The notes beneath the pieces were generated by a model, which ran no database searches, was not told the origin of the DNA, and saw only the letters and a program-made list of their open reading frames with translations. From assembly GCA_965372535.1 (NCBI GenBank), contig CBDVCR010000002.1, positions 1 to 53,967 on the forward strand: a stretch of 53,967 nt of DNA. The letters are read 5' to 3'. This document shows, in pieces, positions 19,202 through 28,210 of the stretch; positions within the stretch are counted from its first letter, which is position 1, and the number at the start of each line of letters is the position of its first letter. Made by a program: the position numbers and the translations under genes. This DNA comes from an uncultured bacterium. GTDB lineage: Bacteria; Nitrospirota; Thermodesulfovibrionia; Thermodesulfovibrionales; JdFR-86.

Positions 19202-20408
19202 TTCCTTCTCCTTTTAATTTATACGACGATATTAACATGCCGATTACGACCCAGAGAAAAGAGTTCGTCCCGAAAGAAAAAAACAAGAGGAATATAACCA
19301 GTAGAATAAACATCTGGTTCCACGGGTTCATGACCTTCAAGACGGCCGGAGTTTTCCTTTCATTAATCAATACCCAGAATGTCGCAAAAATAATAACCAT
19401 GAATAACAGCGCACCTATGACGCCGGAGTCTACGAGGGTTTCGAAGTATGTATTATGAGAATAATGTCCAAGCGCGCTCTGGGAAGTCCTGAGCCCGTAT
19501 CCGATGATAATCTTGTTGTCGAGTGTTTTTTCATAAAGCTCACTCCAAAAAATGGTCCTCGAACCGGAAGGAATGTCAAAAACCCTGATTCTCATGACAT
19601 TGAAGGGATTGACATCAAGCAGAAAAGTTATGGTCACTAACGATATGGAAATGCCGAGGACGGTCTTCGGGATGAAACGCAAGCTCTTTAAATCGAGCCT
19701 GACCAACCTCAGCAAAACCATGAGTATGGAGCTGATGAGGATAACGAAGTATATGGTCCTTGAAAACGCCAGAATCAAAGAGGCCGTCACCAATAAAAGA
19801 CCGCCGTATTTGACTGATTTTCTCATCTCGACCTGCATGCCGCACAGGAGGGAAAGGGTCATGAACAGCGAGAAAAAATTGGCGTCTCCCGGCAGTCCGC
19901 TCAACCTCAGATAGCCGCTCTTGTCAAGCCCGTACCCCAGCCCTCTCCAGAGGTCCGAATCATGAAGGATACTATGTATTTTCAATTGGCCCATGTAATA
20001 AAATATCAGGGATATAATTGCGAACAGGACGCCGATGAGAAAAACGGTCGAGTTTATTTTCCTGAAATCACGCACGGAAAGAGGAATCTTGGCCAACAGC
20101 AGCAATAAAATGAAATTTCTCGCAAATTGCAGATACAAAGTCGTCGCGCTTTTCGGAGTAATGGAAATATACGCACTTGTCCCGCACCAGAGGAAAAATA
20201 TAAAGTACGCAAGTATCGGAGAAATATAGAGGAAGGAAGGGAACCTCCTGATGGAATTGCCCCTGGAAAAATACAATGCAAAGTATATAACACCCATGAC
20301 TATTACGATGTCAGCGGGATCTATCTTTATGCCAATATCAAAATAAAAGCCCTGCAGGTTATACGCTGTAAAAAGAAGAACAACAAAAATAATGGAATTA
20401 TTATTCAT
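19155..20408 (-). CDS. O-antigen polymerase/ligase-family membrane protein (Wzy_C type)
   Basis: About 10 TM helices and 'GHYSHNTYFETLVDSGVIGALLF'. ATGA-type overlap with the upstream gene. Confidence 0.8.
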   Translation of the reverse strand: MNNNSIIFVVLLFTAYNLQGFYFDIGIKIDPADIVIVMGVIYFALYFSRGNSIRRFPSFLYISPILAYFIFFLWCGTSAYISITPKSATTLYLQFARNFILLLLLAKIPLSVRDFRKINSTVFLIGVLFAIISLIFYYMGQLKIHSILHDSDLWRGLGYGLDKSGYLRLSGLPGDANFFSLFMTLSLLCGMQVEMRKSVKYGGLLLVTASLILAFSRTIYFVILISSILMVLLRLVRLDLKSLRFIPKTVLGISISLVTITFLLDVNPFNVMRIRVFDIPSGSRTIFWSELYEKTLDNKIIIGYGLRTSQSALGHYSHNTYFETLVDSGVIGALLFMVIIFATFWVLINERKTPAVLKVMNPWNQMFILLVIFLLFFSFGTNSFLWVVIGMLISSYKLKGEGNEDEPAVDKLPGRNQ

Positions 20409-21461
20409 TTCTTATGTCCCGGCTTACTTTGGCCATAAACCACACGCATTCTCTTCCTGATAAGAAACAGCTTGATCTGAATCCAGAAAAGTTTTCTGTT
20501 ATTCACGTAATGAAACAACCGTTTATAATAACTCCATAATGTACACTTATAATGCATAAGATAAGCATAAGAAACACAAAAAAGCTTATTCCATTTTTTC
20601 GCTTTACTTAAGAACCATTTTTCGTATCCATAGGCCTGAAGACTATGTCCCAGAACTGCCTCAACAGCCACGCCCTGCCATATTGGAAGTTCTCTCTTCC
20701 AGCCCTCCGTTCGCTTAATGTCAGGGGGTTTGTCGAATAACGCGTGTATGCCTTTTTCTTTCCCGCTCACATTAAAAAATGTATTTTCATCGCTTGCTCT
20801 TTGCGCTACAAAGGGAACGTCCAGGAATCTGAGAACATCCTTTATCCTGTCGACAACGGAAAAGCACAAGTCCTCATACCGTACTTCTGTCATCCGGATG
20901 CCGCTAACCTTCTTCATGTCATCAGCCATCATCATGTAATTCATCCAGGTCCTTGCCATGAATACCACGTTGCCTCTGCCCATCTGTTCCTGCACCAAAT
21001 AAGGTGTCTTGAAGCGGAGCATGGAGTTTACAACAGCCCTCGGATCGCGGAAGATATGGATAAATTCAGCCATGGGAAAGAGGTGGAGCAATATCCGATA
21101 GTAATATATCAATGCGCCGTTTTTAATTAGCACAACGCTAAAAGTCCGGTCTTTTAACTTCGAAAAATTCCGGGCGATGCTCTCCATCAAGCTTTTGATA
21201 CCTTTGCCCTTGTTGCCCTCCGCGATAGCATACAACCATTCATCGTCAAATCCAAGGTTGTCTATTTGATAGTCAAGTTTCATTAAGTTAAACAAATCTT
21301 CAGTGCCCATTTTTCTTAAGTTATCGTCGCCCTTGGCTATTAAAAGTTCAGGCAGCCTGAACTCCGGCATCACAAGTGTGTCCGGGGAATACATGGATAG
21401 TTGTCTTGCAAAAAAAAGTAGAACCCGAACGCGAATTATATAGAAGAAACACAAACCTCAA
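20405..21461 (-). pseudogene. sulfotransferase interrupted at a T8 homopolymer (possible phase-variable gene or homopolymer sequencing error)
   Basis: TTG start at 21461, 6 nt after AAGGAGG, gives 'MRFVFLLYNSRSGSTFF' (5'-PSB loop). The frame is lost at T8 (A8 on +, 21410-21417). The rest, including 'IHIFRDPRAVVNS' (3'-PB), continues in ORF 20405..21454. One T fewer would give a continuous 351-aa protein. Confidence 0.75.
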
Positions 21462-21552
21462 CCCTTGCCTCCTTTTACGTTTTAAGAGCAACCCTTGCCT
21501 CCTTTTACGTTTTAAGAGCAACCCTTGCCTCCTTTTACGTTTTAAGAGCAAC
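21459..21552 (-). repeat. perfect tandem repeat, 3.1 x 30 bp
   Basis: The unit on the coding (minus) strand is TGCTCTTAAAACGTAAAAGGAGGCAAGGGT. It spans the wzx stop, an SD and a TTG. Confidence 0.95.
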
Positions 21553-22812
21553 TTTGGTCTTTCCCTTATTTTGCAGGAGAAAGAGATGCCATACGTTCAG
21601 CAAAATTAGGCTTACCGCCGTGACACAAGCCGCGCCCACCGCGCCGAAAGCCCTGATGGCAAAAAAGTTTCCGACGGCGTTCCCCCCGGCGACCAATCCC
21701 GTGGAAAAGGCAAACTGGCGCTCCTTTCCCGACATCAAAAGCGCAGATCCAACTATCCCAGCAGCCGCGTTAACAAACTGCCCCACCGCGAGAATTCTCA
21801 AGAGAACGGCACCTTCCGCGAATTTCGGACCGAAAATAGCCAGCAGATGCTGCGCTCCTAAAACCATTATTATAAACAGCGGCAAAGTGCCGACAGTGGA
21901 CCATTTAACCACTTTACGCATAATCGCCTTGAACTCGCCGGGCCGGTTCCCGTGATACGCGGAGGCCAACATCGGCGCAGCCAGGGTGTTTATCGCCAAT
22001 AACAGAAAAACGTTCAGAGTAGCAATCCGGTTTGCGGCGCTGTAAAGCCCGACCGTGTCCATGTTCACCATGGCCCCGAGCATCAGCACGTCGGTTCGGA
22101 CAATGATTATCTTACTCGCTTCTCCTAACAGCATGGGCAGGGCTATCGCCATCCATTTGCGGATATTGAACTCCGGGGGGGCGCTTCTCCCCTGCTTGGG
22201 AAGTCTCCTGCACAGCAGGACGACGCCTGCCAGGAAAACGAACAAAGCGGCGCCCGCGTATATCAGCAACGCATCGGTAGCGTTATCTGCGGCGAAAACA
22301 TATACACCTAAGATCACAAGCACCGGAAGGACAATGTCATCGGGGATAATGCTCTCCTTTGCGCATTGTAAACTTCTCAGGGCTCCGCGGCGCAGATTGG
22401 CGAAGGTCAATAGAGGTAGTAACAATGAAGCATACTGCAGGCTCCGAGCCATGTCTTGGGACATGGGTATTGCATGGGCAACTCCCCAGAGCGCCAGGGC
22501 CGTCAGGGTTACGCTAACAAACGCAACACCGTGCGCCGTTATAATAGACCCCTTCATCAGGCCCCACCTTTTCTGCTCGCGATACTCCGTAACGAAACGC
22601 AATAGGGCTGTAGTCCACCCGAGCGGCATAACAAACGCCAGCAATCCCGCAAGGGCGACCGCGTAGCTGAACATCCCGAACCCCTCTTTTCCAAGCACGC
22701 GCGCTATGACCGCGTGCATCGAAAAAAGCAGCCCGGCCCCCAGTACCCGGAGCAGGAAGGCCTCGACCGCACCGCGGCGCAAGCGCATGAGGGCGCTCTG
22801 TTCAGCGTCCAT
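21535..22812 (-). CDS. wzx: oligosaccharide flippase (Wzx / MOP superfamily)
   Basis: 425 aa, about 12 predicted TM helices, with a polysaccharide-biosynthesis-protein-like N-terminus. Confidence 0.85.
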   Translation of the reverse strand: MDAEQSALMRLRRGAVEAFLLRVLGAGLLFSMHAVIARVLGKEGFGMFSYAVALAGLLAFVMPLGWTTALLRFVTEYREQKRWGLMKGSIITAHGVAFVSVTLTALALWGVAHAIPMSQDMARSLQYASLLLPLLTFANLRRGALRSLQCAKESIIPDDIVLPVLVILGVYVFAADNATDALLIYAGAALFVFLAGVVLLCRRLPKQGRSAPPEFNIRKWMAIALPMLLGEASKIIIVRTDVLMLGAMVNMDTVGLYSAANRIATLNVFLLLAINTLAAPMLASAYHGNRPGEFKAIMRKVVKWSTVGTLPLFIIMVLGAQHLLAIFGPKFAEGAVLLRILAVGQFVNAAAGIVGSALLMSGKERQFAFSTGLVAGGNAVGNFFAIRAFGAVGAACVTAVSLILLNVWHLFLLQNKGKTKVALKT

Positions 22813-22889
22813 CCGGAGGCCCCTTTCGAGCGGTGTTCATAAGTTTCACCCTTATTGCAAACAGCTTATTCATCGGATACGACTTTTAC

Positions 22890-25253
22890 TCAATACGAGG
22901 AACCCTTTTCCGCTCCCCCGCTGCCGGCCTTCAGGCTCTCGATCCTTTTTCTCGCATACTTGTTGCCCGGGTCGATAAGCAGCGCCTTCCCGTACTCCTC
23001 GGCGGCCCGGTAGGGGATGCCGGTCCTCTCGTAAAGGCTCCCCAAAGTTATCCGTATGCCGGCGTTGTCGGGCAGGGCACTGGCGGCCTTCCGCATAACC
23101 CCAAGCGCCTCGTCCAGACGCCCGTCTTTTGCGAAATGCCGGCGGACCCTTAAGAAATACGAAGGGTCCGGTTCCTTTTCGCCTACGGCGTACTCGACCG
23201 CCTTAAGGTATGCCCTTTCTGCCATGCCCTTTCTGCCCGTCTCGAGGAGGAAATCCCCGTAGTCCAGATACGGCCTTGCCTTCTCCGGAAGCGCCCTTTC
23301 CATCTCCCCGAGGTCCAGCCCCCGGAGCAGCATGGCCGCGATATAGCCCCTCGTATTTTCCGGCTCTATTGATATCGCCCTGCCCATCTCCACAAGCCCC
23401 CGCTCCCTCTCCCCTCGCCAGAAGAGCCACAGGGCGTACCGCCTGTGCACGGCCGGGTTCATCGGCTCGCACGCGGCCCCGGAAGCCAGCAACTTGTCCG
23501 CCATTTCGTAATCTTCACGCTGCGAGAACGCCAGGGCCGCCCTCTGCAGGTATCCGCCGTTTAAGGGGTCAAGGCCGACGGCCTTTCCGTAATGCCTTAA
23601 GGCCTGGTCTTTCTCTGAAAGCAGCAGCGCGGCGTCGGCCCCGGCGTAGGGGTACTTCGCCTCAAGGGGGTCGAAAATCGACGCCCTGTAAGCGCGCTCC
23701 TTCATCCGCTTAAGGGCCTCAGCCGGGGTATGCCTGTCAAGCTCCATGTCCTCCACGGATGAAAAACCGGACTTCGCTGTAATTACCCCCGCGTTGGCGC
23801 CCGTAACCAGGAGGGCCGCAAGGGCCGCAAGGGCCAGGTGTTTGGCGGGAAACGGCCGTCCCATGCCCTTAAGGTACGTGCCGTCTCTTCTAATCCTCGT
23901 ATGGGCCGCCGAAACGGCAAGCCCGGCGAGGAAGAAGAAGTAAAGTCCGTTGGCGCCTATGTGGAGGTTGAAGTCCGTAAACCCGTGAAACAGGAAATAC
24001 GCCATTCCGGCCAGAGCGCCCAGGGCCAGATAAATCGAATACGGCTCCATCCTCACGGCCAAGGCCCTCGCCGTCCTGATAAATACCGCGGCCAGGAACC
24101 AGCCCGCCAGGGCCGAGCCGACAAGACCCCCTTCCACGAGAAGCTCCAGATAATCGTTGTGGGCATGGTCCACGATGCGGCCGTTGGAAATGGAGCCGAA
24201 CACCTTATAAACGTGAACATAGCTGCCAAAACCCGTCCCGAAAACCGGGAAACGACCGATGATGCCCAGGCTGTCCTTCCAGAGGTCCACCCTAAGGTCG
24301 CTGATATCGCCGGAGGCGCCCCTGAGCCGCCCGAACCGCTCAAAGACCGGCTCCCACCCGAACCAGCCCACCGAAAACAAAAGGAGGACGAAAACCAGCA
24401 TGATGACCAGGCCCCTTTTCAGGTCCTTTCCAAGGAGCAGGGCACCCAGCAGGAGCATGGAAAAACAGAGGCTTATAATCCCTCCCCTTGAGAGCGAGAC
24501 AAAGACCGACGCCCCGATAAGCACGGCGGAAAACACAAGCAGCACGTATACGTTGGTCCTTCTCTGGTTGAATATCCCCACCACCGTCTCACGCAGAGAC
24601 TTATAGGCAACCTTCGGCTTATAGGCGAGCAAGAGGCCCACGACGACCGGCAGCACCATGCCCATGAACCCGGCGTAGTGGTCCCTGTTTACGTAAGGCC
24701 CGAAGGGGATGCCTCCCCTCGTAAGCTCCCTGAACCATAAAACCTTCTCGGGCGCGGCAAAATGCTGCAGTATGCTCGAAAGCGCAAGCGCCGTGGCGAA
24801 GACGGAAACCAGGGCGGCGGTTTTCCTGAGGCGTCCGGCCCCGCTTAAAAGCTGCACCGTGAGGACGTAGAACATGGCATAGGACGTAAAACGCACGCCC
24901 TCAAGCACGGTCGCCTTTTTGTTGAGGGAAAGCGACATCCACCCCGAAGGCTCAAGTATCCCCGCCGTCCCCTGGTAAAGCCCGTATGTGGCGGGCGAGA
25001 GGAGCTTGACCGCCGCCGCAGGAAGCGGCAGAACCTGAAAGAACATGTAAACCCACAGGCAGAGGAGGGGCAGGAACCCGGGCACTTCGTAAAGCCGCGC
25101 CTCCCCGCGCCGTGCGCCTGTTCCAACGAGCATCAACAGGGCGGCCGCGGTAAGGCACTGCATGAGAGCCAGCGACCACGTCTCCACGGACCCGAACGCC
25201 AGGGGAGAGAAAAGCAGGACAAAAAGGAATATCCTGTAAACGGCCTTATGCAT
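22890..25253 (-). CDS. O-antigen ligase-like (Wzy_C) membrane domain fused to a C-terminal TPR domain
   Basis: 'VDHAHNDYLELLVEGGLVG' within a polytopic N-terminal half. The C-terminal ~300 aa are TPR-like. Confidence 0.8.
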   Translation of the reverse strand: MHKAVYRIFLFVLLFSPLAFGSVETWSLALMQCLTAAALLMLVGTGARRGEARLYEVPGFLPLLCLWVYMFFQVLPLPAAAVKLLSPATYGLYQGTAGILEPSGWMSLSLNKKATVLEGVRFTSYAMFYVLTVQLLSGAGRLRKTAALVSVFATALALSSILQHFAAPEKVLWFRELTRGGIPFGPYVNRDHYAGFMGMVLPVVVGLLLAYKPKVAYKSLRETVVGIFNQRRTNVYVLLVFSAVLIGASVFVSLSRGGIISLCFSMLLLGALLLGKDLKRGLVIMLVFVLLLFSVGWFGWEPVFERFGRLRGASGDISDLRVDLWKDSLGIIGRFPVFGTGFGSYVHVYKVFGSISNGRIVDHAHNDYLELLVEGGLVGSALAGWFLAAVFIRTARALAVRMEPYSIYLALGALAGMAYFLFHGFTDFNLHIGANGLYFFFLAGLAVSAAHTRIRRDGTYLKGMGRPFPAKHLALAALAALLVTGANAGVITAKSGFSSVEDMELDRHTPAEALKRMKERAYRASIFDPLEAKYPYAGADAALLLSEKDQALRHYGKAVGLDPLNGGYLQRAALAFSQREDYEMADKLLASGAACEPMNPAVHRRYALWLFWRGERERGLVEMGRAISIEPENTRGYIAAMLLRGLDLGEMERALPEKARPYLDYGDFLLETGRKGMAERAYLKAVEYAVGEKEPDPSYFLRVRRHFAKDGRLDEALGVMRKAASALPDNAGIRITLGSLYERTGIPYRAAEEYGKALLIDPGNKYARKRIESLKAGSGGAEKGSSY

Positions 25254-25959
25254 TTACCGTCTCCCCGGCTAAGACCGCCTCGGGGTTTGAAAAAACCAGC
25301 CTCAGCGCCCGCTCCTTGCCGAGGACTTTACCGGCGGCCTTAAGCGCCCCGGAGAGCACCGGCCTTCTCCCCCGGCTCGAATGGGCGTCGGTGGCGATAA
25401 AACTCACCACCCCCCTTTCCAGCAGAAAGAAGGCGCACTCCCGCGCTTCGGAGCCGAACCCGCCGGTAAGGCTTCCGGCCGTTATCTGAACGAGCGCGCC
25501 CGTCTCCACCAGCCTGAGCAGCGCCGAGGGGTCCCTCATTATGGTGCAGTTCCGCTCGGGGTGGGTGATTATGGGCCTAATGCCCTCCACCATGAGCCTG
25601 AAGAGGACTTCCCCTGCGCTTCGGGGGAGAAAAACGTGGGGGAATTCGACGAGCAGGTAGCCCGTCCCGTTAATCGTGTGCCCCCTCAGCAACGAGGGGT
25701 CCAGCGACGCGTCCGTATCCGCCCCCGGCAATATCCTGAGCGGGATGTCCTCTTCGGCAATCCTTGCGTTTAACTCCCCGACCCTCTCCCGCACAAGCGC
25801 GGGAGGGCATGCGTCGTCCTTTACATGAGGAGTGGCCACGACCCTGGTAATGCCGTCCAGCGCCGCGACCCTCGACATCTCCAGGGACTCCGCCATGTCT
25901 GAAGGCCCGTCGTCGATGCCCGGAAGGATATGGCAGTGGATGTCTATCATGGCGGTCAA
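25246..25959 (-). CDS. PHP-family protein-tyrosine phosphatase (CpsB/YwqE type)
   Basis: 'MIDIHCHILPGIDDGPSDMAESLEM', 'VVATPH', 'ATDAHS'. Confidence 0.85.
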   Translation of the reverse strand: MTAMIDIHCHILPGIDDGPSDMAESLEMSRVAALDGITRVVATPHVKDDACPPALVRERVGELNARIAEEDIPLRILPGADTDASLDPSLLRGHTINGTGYLLVEFPHVFLPRSAGEVLFRLMVEGIRPIITHPERNCTIMRDPSALLRLVETGALVQITAGSLTGGFGSEARECAFFLLERGVVSFIATDAHSSRGRRPVLSGALKAAGKVLGKERALRLVFSNPEAVLAGETVNA

Positions 25960-25989
25960 CGGGAAGAGGGGAAAAACCGCGTTGTTTTC

Positions 25990-28209
25990 CTAAACGGGCT
26001 TTTTATCTTTTTCCTCTTCCTCTGAATAATAATAGTTGTAGTACCTGTAATAATAGTAATAATCGCTTTTGCTCAGGTCCAGGGCATTGATGAGAAGGCC
26101 GAAGACATGGGGCCTGATATCCTCGGTACGCCGCCCCTCGAGGGTTTTCAGCCCGTTCCTCACAAAATCATACGACGTCTTGCCCGCCCTTACCACCAGT
26201 ATCGTCCCGTCAAACCGCCTGCTCATCACGAGGCTGTCCGTTACCGTGAGCACGGGCGGAGAGTCGCAAACGACCACATCGTACTTCTCCTTCAGCCTGG
26301 AAAGCAGGACGTTGAACCTTTCGGCGCTCAGGAGTTCCGACGGGTTCGGGGGGATGGGCCCCGAAGTTATGATGTCGATTGCGGGCAAAGGCCCCTTTTG
26401 TATGATTGGAGAGGCATCGCCGGCCAGATACGTACTAAGCCCCCTGTTGTTGGGCTTTTCGAATATCTTATGCACCGCCGGCTTCCTCAGGTCGGCGTCC
26501 ATCAGGAGCACTCTGCGGCCCGCCTGCGCCACGGCCAGGGCGAGGTTTACCGAAGTGGTCGTCTTGCCCTCGCCCGGCCCGGAGCTTGTCACCAGTATGC
26601 ACTTTGGCGGGGCGCCGGCGGAAGAAAGCATGATGGCCGTCCTGAGCGCCTTATAGCTCTCCGCATATGTGGATTTCGGCTCGTTAACCACGACCATCTC
26701 TATGCCGCCTTCGTCGGAACCCTTCTCCTCCTTTTTAAGCGATACCGTGCCCAGTACCGGCACGCCGAGCCTGGCCTCCGCCTCTTCGGGCGACTTGACC
26801 GTATTGTCGAGATACTCGATGAAAAACGCAAGCCCCACGCCCCCGAAAAGCCCCATGACGATGCCCAGGAGCATGTTCAGGAGTTTTTTCGGTTTCACGG
26901 GATCCTCGGAAGGCTCGGCCTCTTCCACAATCCATACGTTCACGCTGTGTATTTCCTCGGTGATGCGCTGCTCCTTCATTTTAGTTATGAGCGAATCGTA
27001 AAGCTGGCTGTTCGTCTCGACTTCCCTTTTCAGCACGCTGTACTGGATGAACTTCTCGTTCAGGTTCAGGGCCTCCTGCTTGGTCTCCGAAAGGAGGCTC
27101 CCGAGGTTTTTCTCGTTGGAGAGGGCGAGTTCATACTCATTTTTTATTGACTCCATGACCCTTTTGGTCTCCTGCTTCCTCTTCCTGTTCAGCATATCGA
27201 GGTCCCCCCGGGCCTTTATCATCAGGGGGTGCTTCTTGCCGTATTTTTTCGAAAGCTCCATGACGTTCTTCTCGGCGCCTATAACCTGCTCGCGTATCGA
27301 GCGCAGGATGCTGTCGGAGGATATGACGGGCAGGGACTCGGCCCCCCGAAGGTCCCTGGGCAGGGCCTTTATTTTATCGTACAGCGTTCCGATTTCCTTC
27401 CTTTTGGCCTCGGCCCGGGTCAGGTTGGTGCTCAATTCCGAAAGCTTCTCGGGTATGATGGTGAGCCTGTCCTGGAGCGTGACGATGTCCCTGTCCTGCA
27501 TGTACTTCTGGAGGGCCCTCTCGGACTCCTCGAGCTTCGCCCCCTCCTCCTGGGTCTTTTTCGTCATCCACTGGAGGGTGTTCTTGGAGGCGTTCATCTT
27601 CATCTCGAAAGTGGCCTCGATGTAGGCTTTCGCCGCGGTATTGGCGACCAGGCTCGATAGCTCGGGGTTTTCGGACATGTAGCTTATGTTGATTATCTTT
27701 GTGTCCTTTATGGGTTTGACCTTGATGCCGTCGAGTATCGACTTGACTATATCGCCCTTGAGCGAACCGTCCTCCTCCCCGGCTTCCGGGGGCGTCTCGC
27801 CTTTTTTCAGGCCCAGCAGCTTGAGCGAGACGGCATAAAACTCCGAGAACCAGCCCAGGGGAGACATCCCGGCGACGCCGAAACCGTGGCCGCCCTTGAA
27901 ATAGGCGCGGAACGTCCTGTCCGGCGAGAGCATGTCCACGATTTTACCGGCTACGCGCTTGCTCCTTATAATCTGGTACTGCGTCCCGAAAAACTCGGGG
28001 TCATAAGTGCTGTAGCGGATTTCCTTGATAAGGGAATACGGTTCGACTTTTTCCACATAGAGCTTGGTCGTGGACATGTACAGAGGGGTAGTGGTAAAAG
28101 TCGCTATCACGACGACCGCGAACACGACCACGAAAAAGGTGCCGGCGGTAAACCGCCTTTTCCGGAGGACCTTGAGGTAGTCCCATAAATGCGCTTCGTT
28201 TTCGACCAC
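25990..28209 (-). CDS. polysaccharide co-polymerase / BY-kinase (Wzc-like)
   Basis: Wzz-like N-terminus with 2 TM helices and a coiled coil. Walker A 'SSGPGEGKTTTSVNLA', 'DADLRKP', 'VVCDSPPV', and a C-terminal Tyr cluster 'DYYYYYRYYNYYY'. Confidence 0.9.
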   Translation of the reverse strand: MVENEAHLWDYLKVLRKRRFTAGTFFVVVFAVVVIATFTTTPLYMSTTKLYVEKVEPYSLIKEIRYSTYDPEFFGTQYQIIRSKRVAGKIVDMLSPDRTFRAYFKGGHGFGVAGMSPLGWFSEFYAVSLKLLGLKKGETPPEAGEEDGSLKGDIVKSILDGIKVKPIKDTKIINISYMSENPELSSLVANTAAKAYIEATFEMKMNASKNTLQWMTKKTQEEGAKLEESERALQKYMQDRDIVTLQDRLTIIPEKLSELSTNLTRAEAKRKEIGTLYDKIKALPRDLRGAESLPVISSDSILRSIREQVIGAEKNVMELSKKYGKKHPLMIKARGDLDMLNRKRKQETKRVMESIKNEYELALSNEKNLGSLLSETKQEALNLNEKFIQYSVLKREVETNSQLYDSLITKMKEQRITEEIHSVNVWIVEEAEPSEDPVKPKKLLNMLLGIVMGLFGGVGLAFFIEYLDNTVKSPEEAEARLGVPVLGTVSLKKEEKGSDEGGIEMVVVNEPKSTYAESYKALRTAIMLSSAGAPPKCILVTSSGPGEGKTTTSVNLALAVAQAGRRVLLMDADLRKPAVHKIFEKPNNRGLSTYLAGDASPIIQKGPLPAIDIITSGPIPPNPSELLSAERFNVLLSRLKEKYDVVVCDSPPVLTVTDSLVMSRRFDGTILVVRAGKTSYDFVRNGLKTLEGRRTEDIRPHVFGLLINALDLSKSDYYYYYRYYNYYYSEEEEKDKKPV

Positions 28210-28210
28210 G

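Noticed and set aside
21348-21458. Treating ORF 21348..21551 as wholly spurious because its first 30 codons translate the tandem repeat
   Set aside because: The repeat-derived part is probably not normally translated. From TTG 21461 onward, however, the frame encodes a genuine sulfotransferase PAPS-binding loop, so this portion was merged with ORF 20405..21454 as one frameshifted gene.
21459-21552. Possible CRISPR array (30-bp perfect repeats)
   Set aside because: The repeats are directly abutting with no spacers, there are only three copies, and no cas genes are present. It is a simple tandem triplication of a gene junction.
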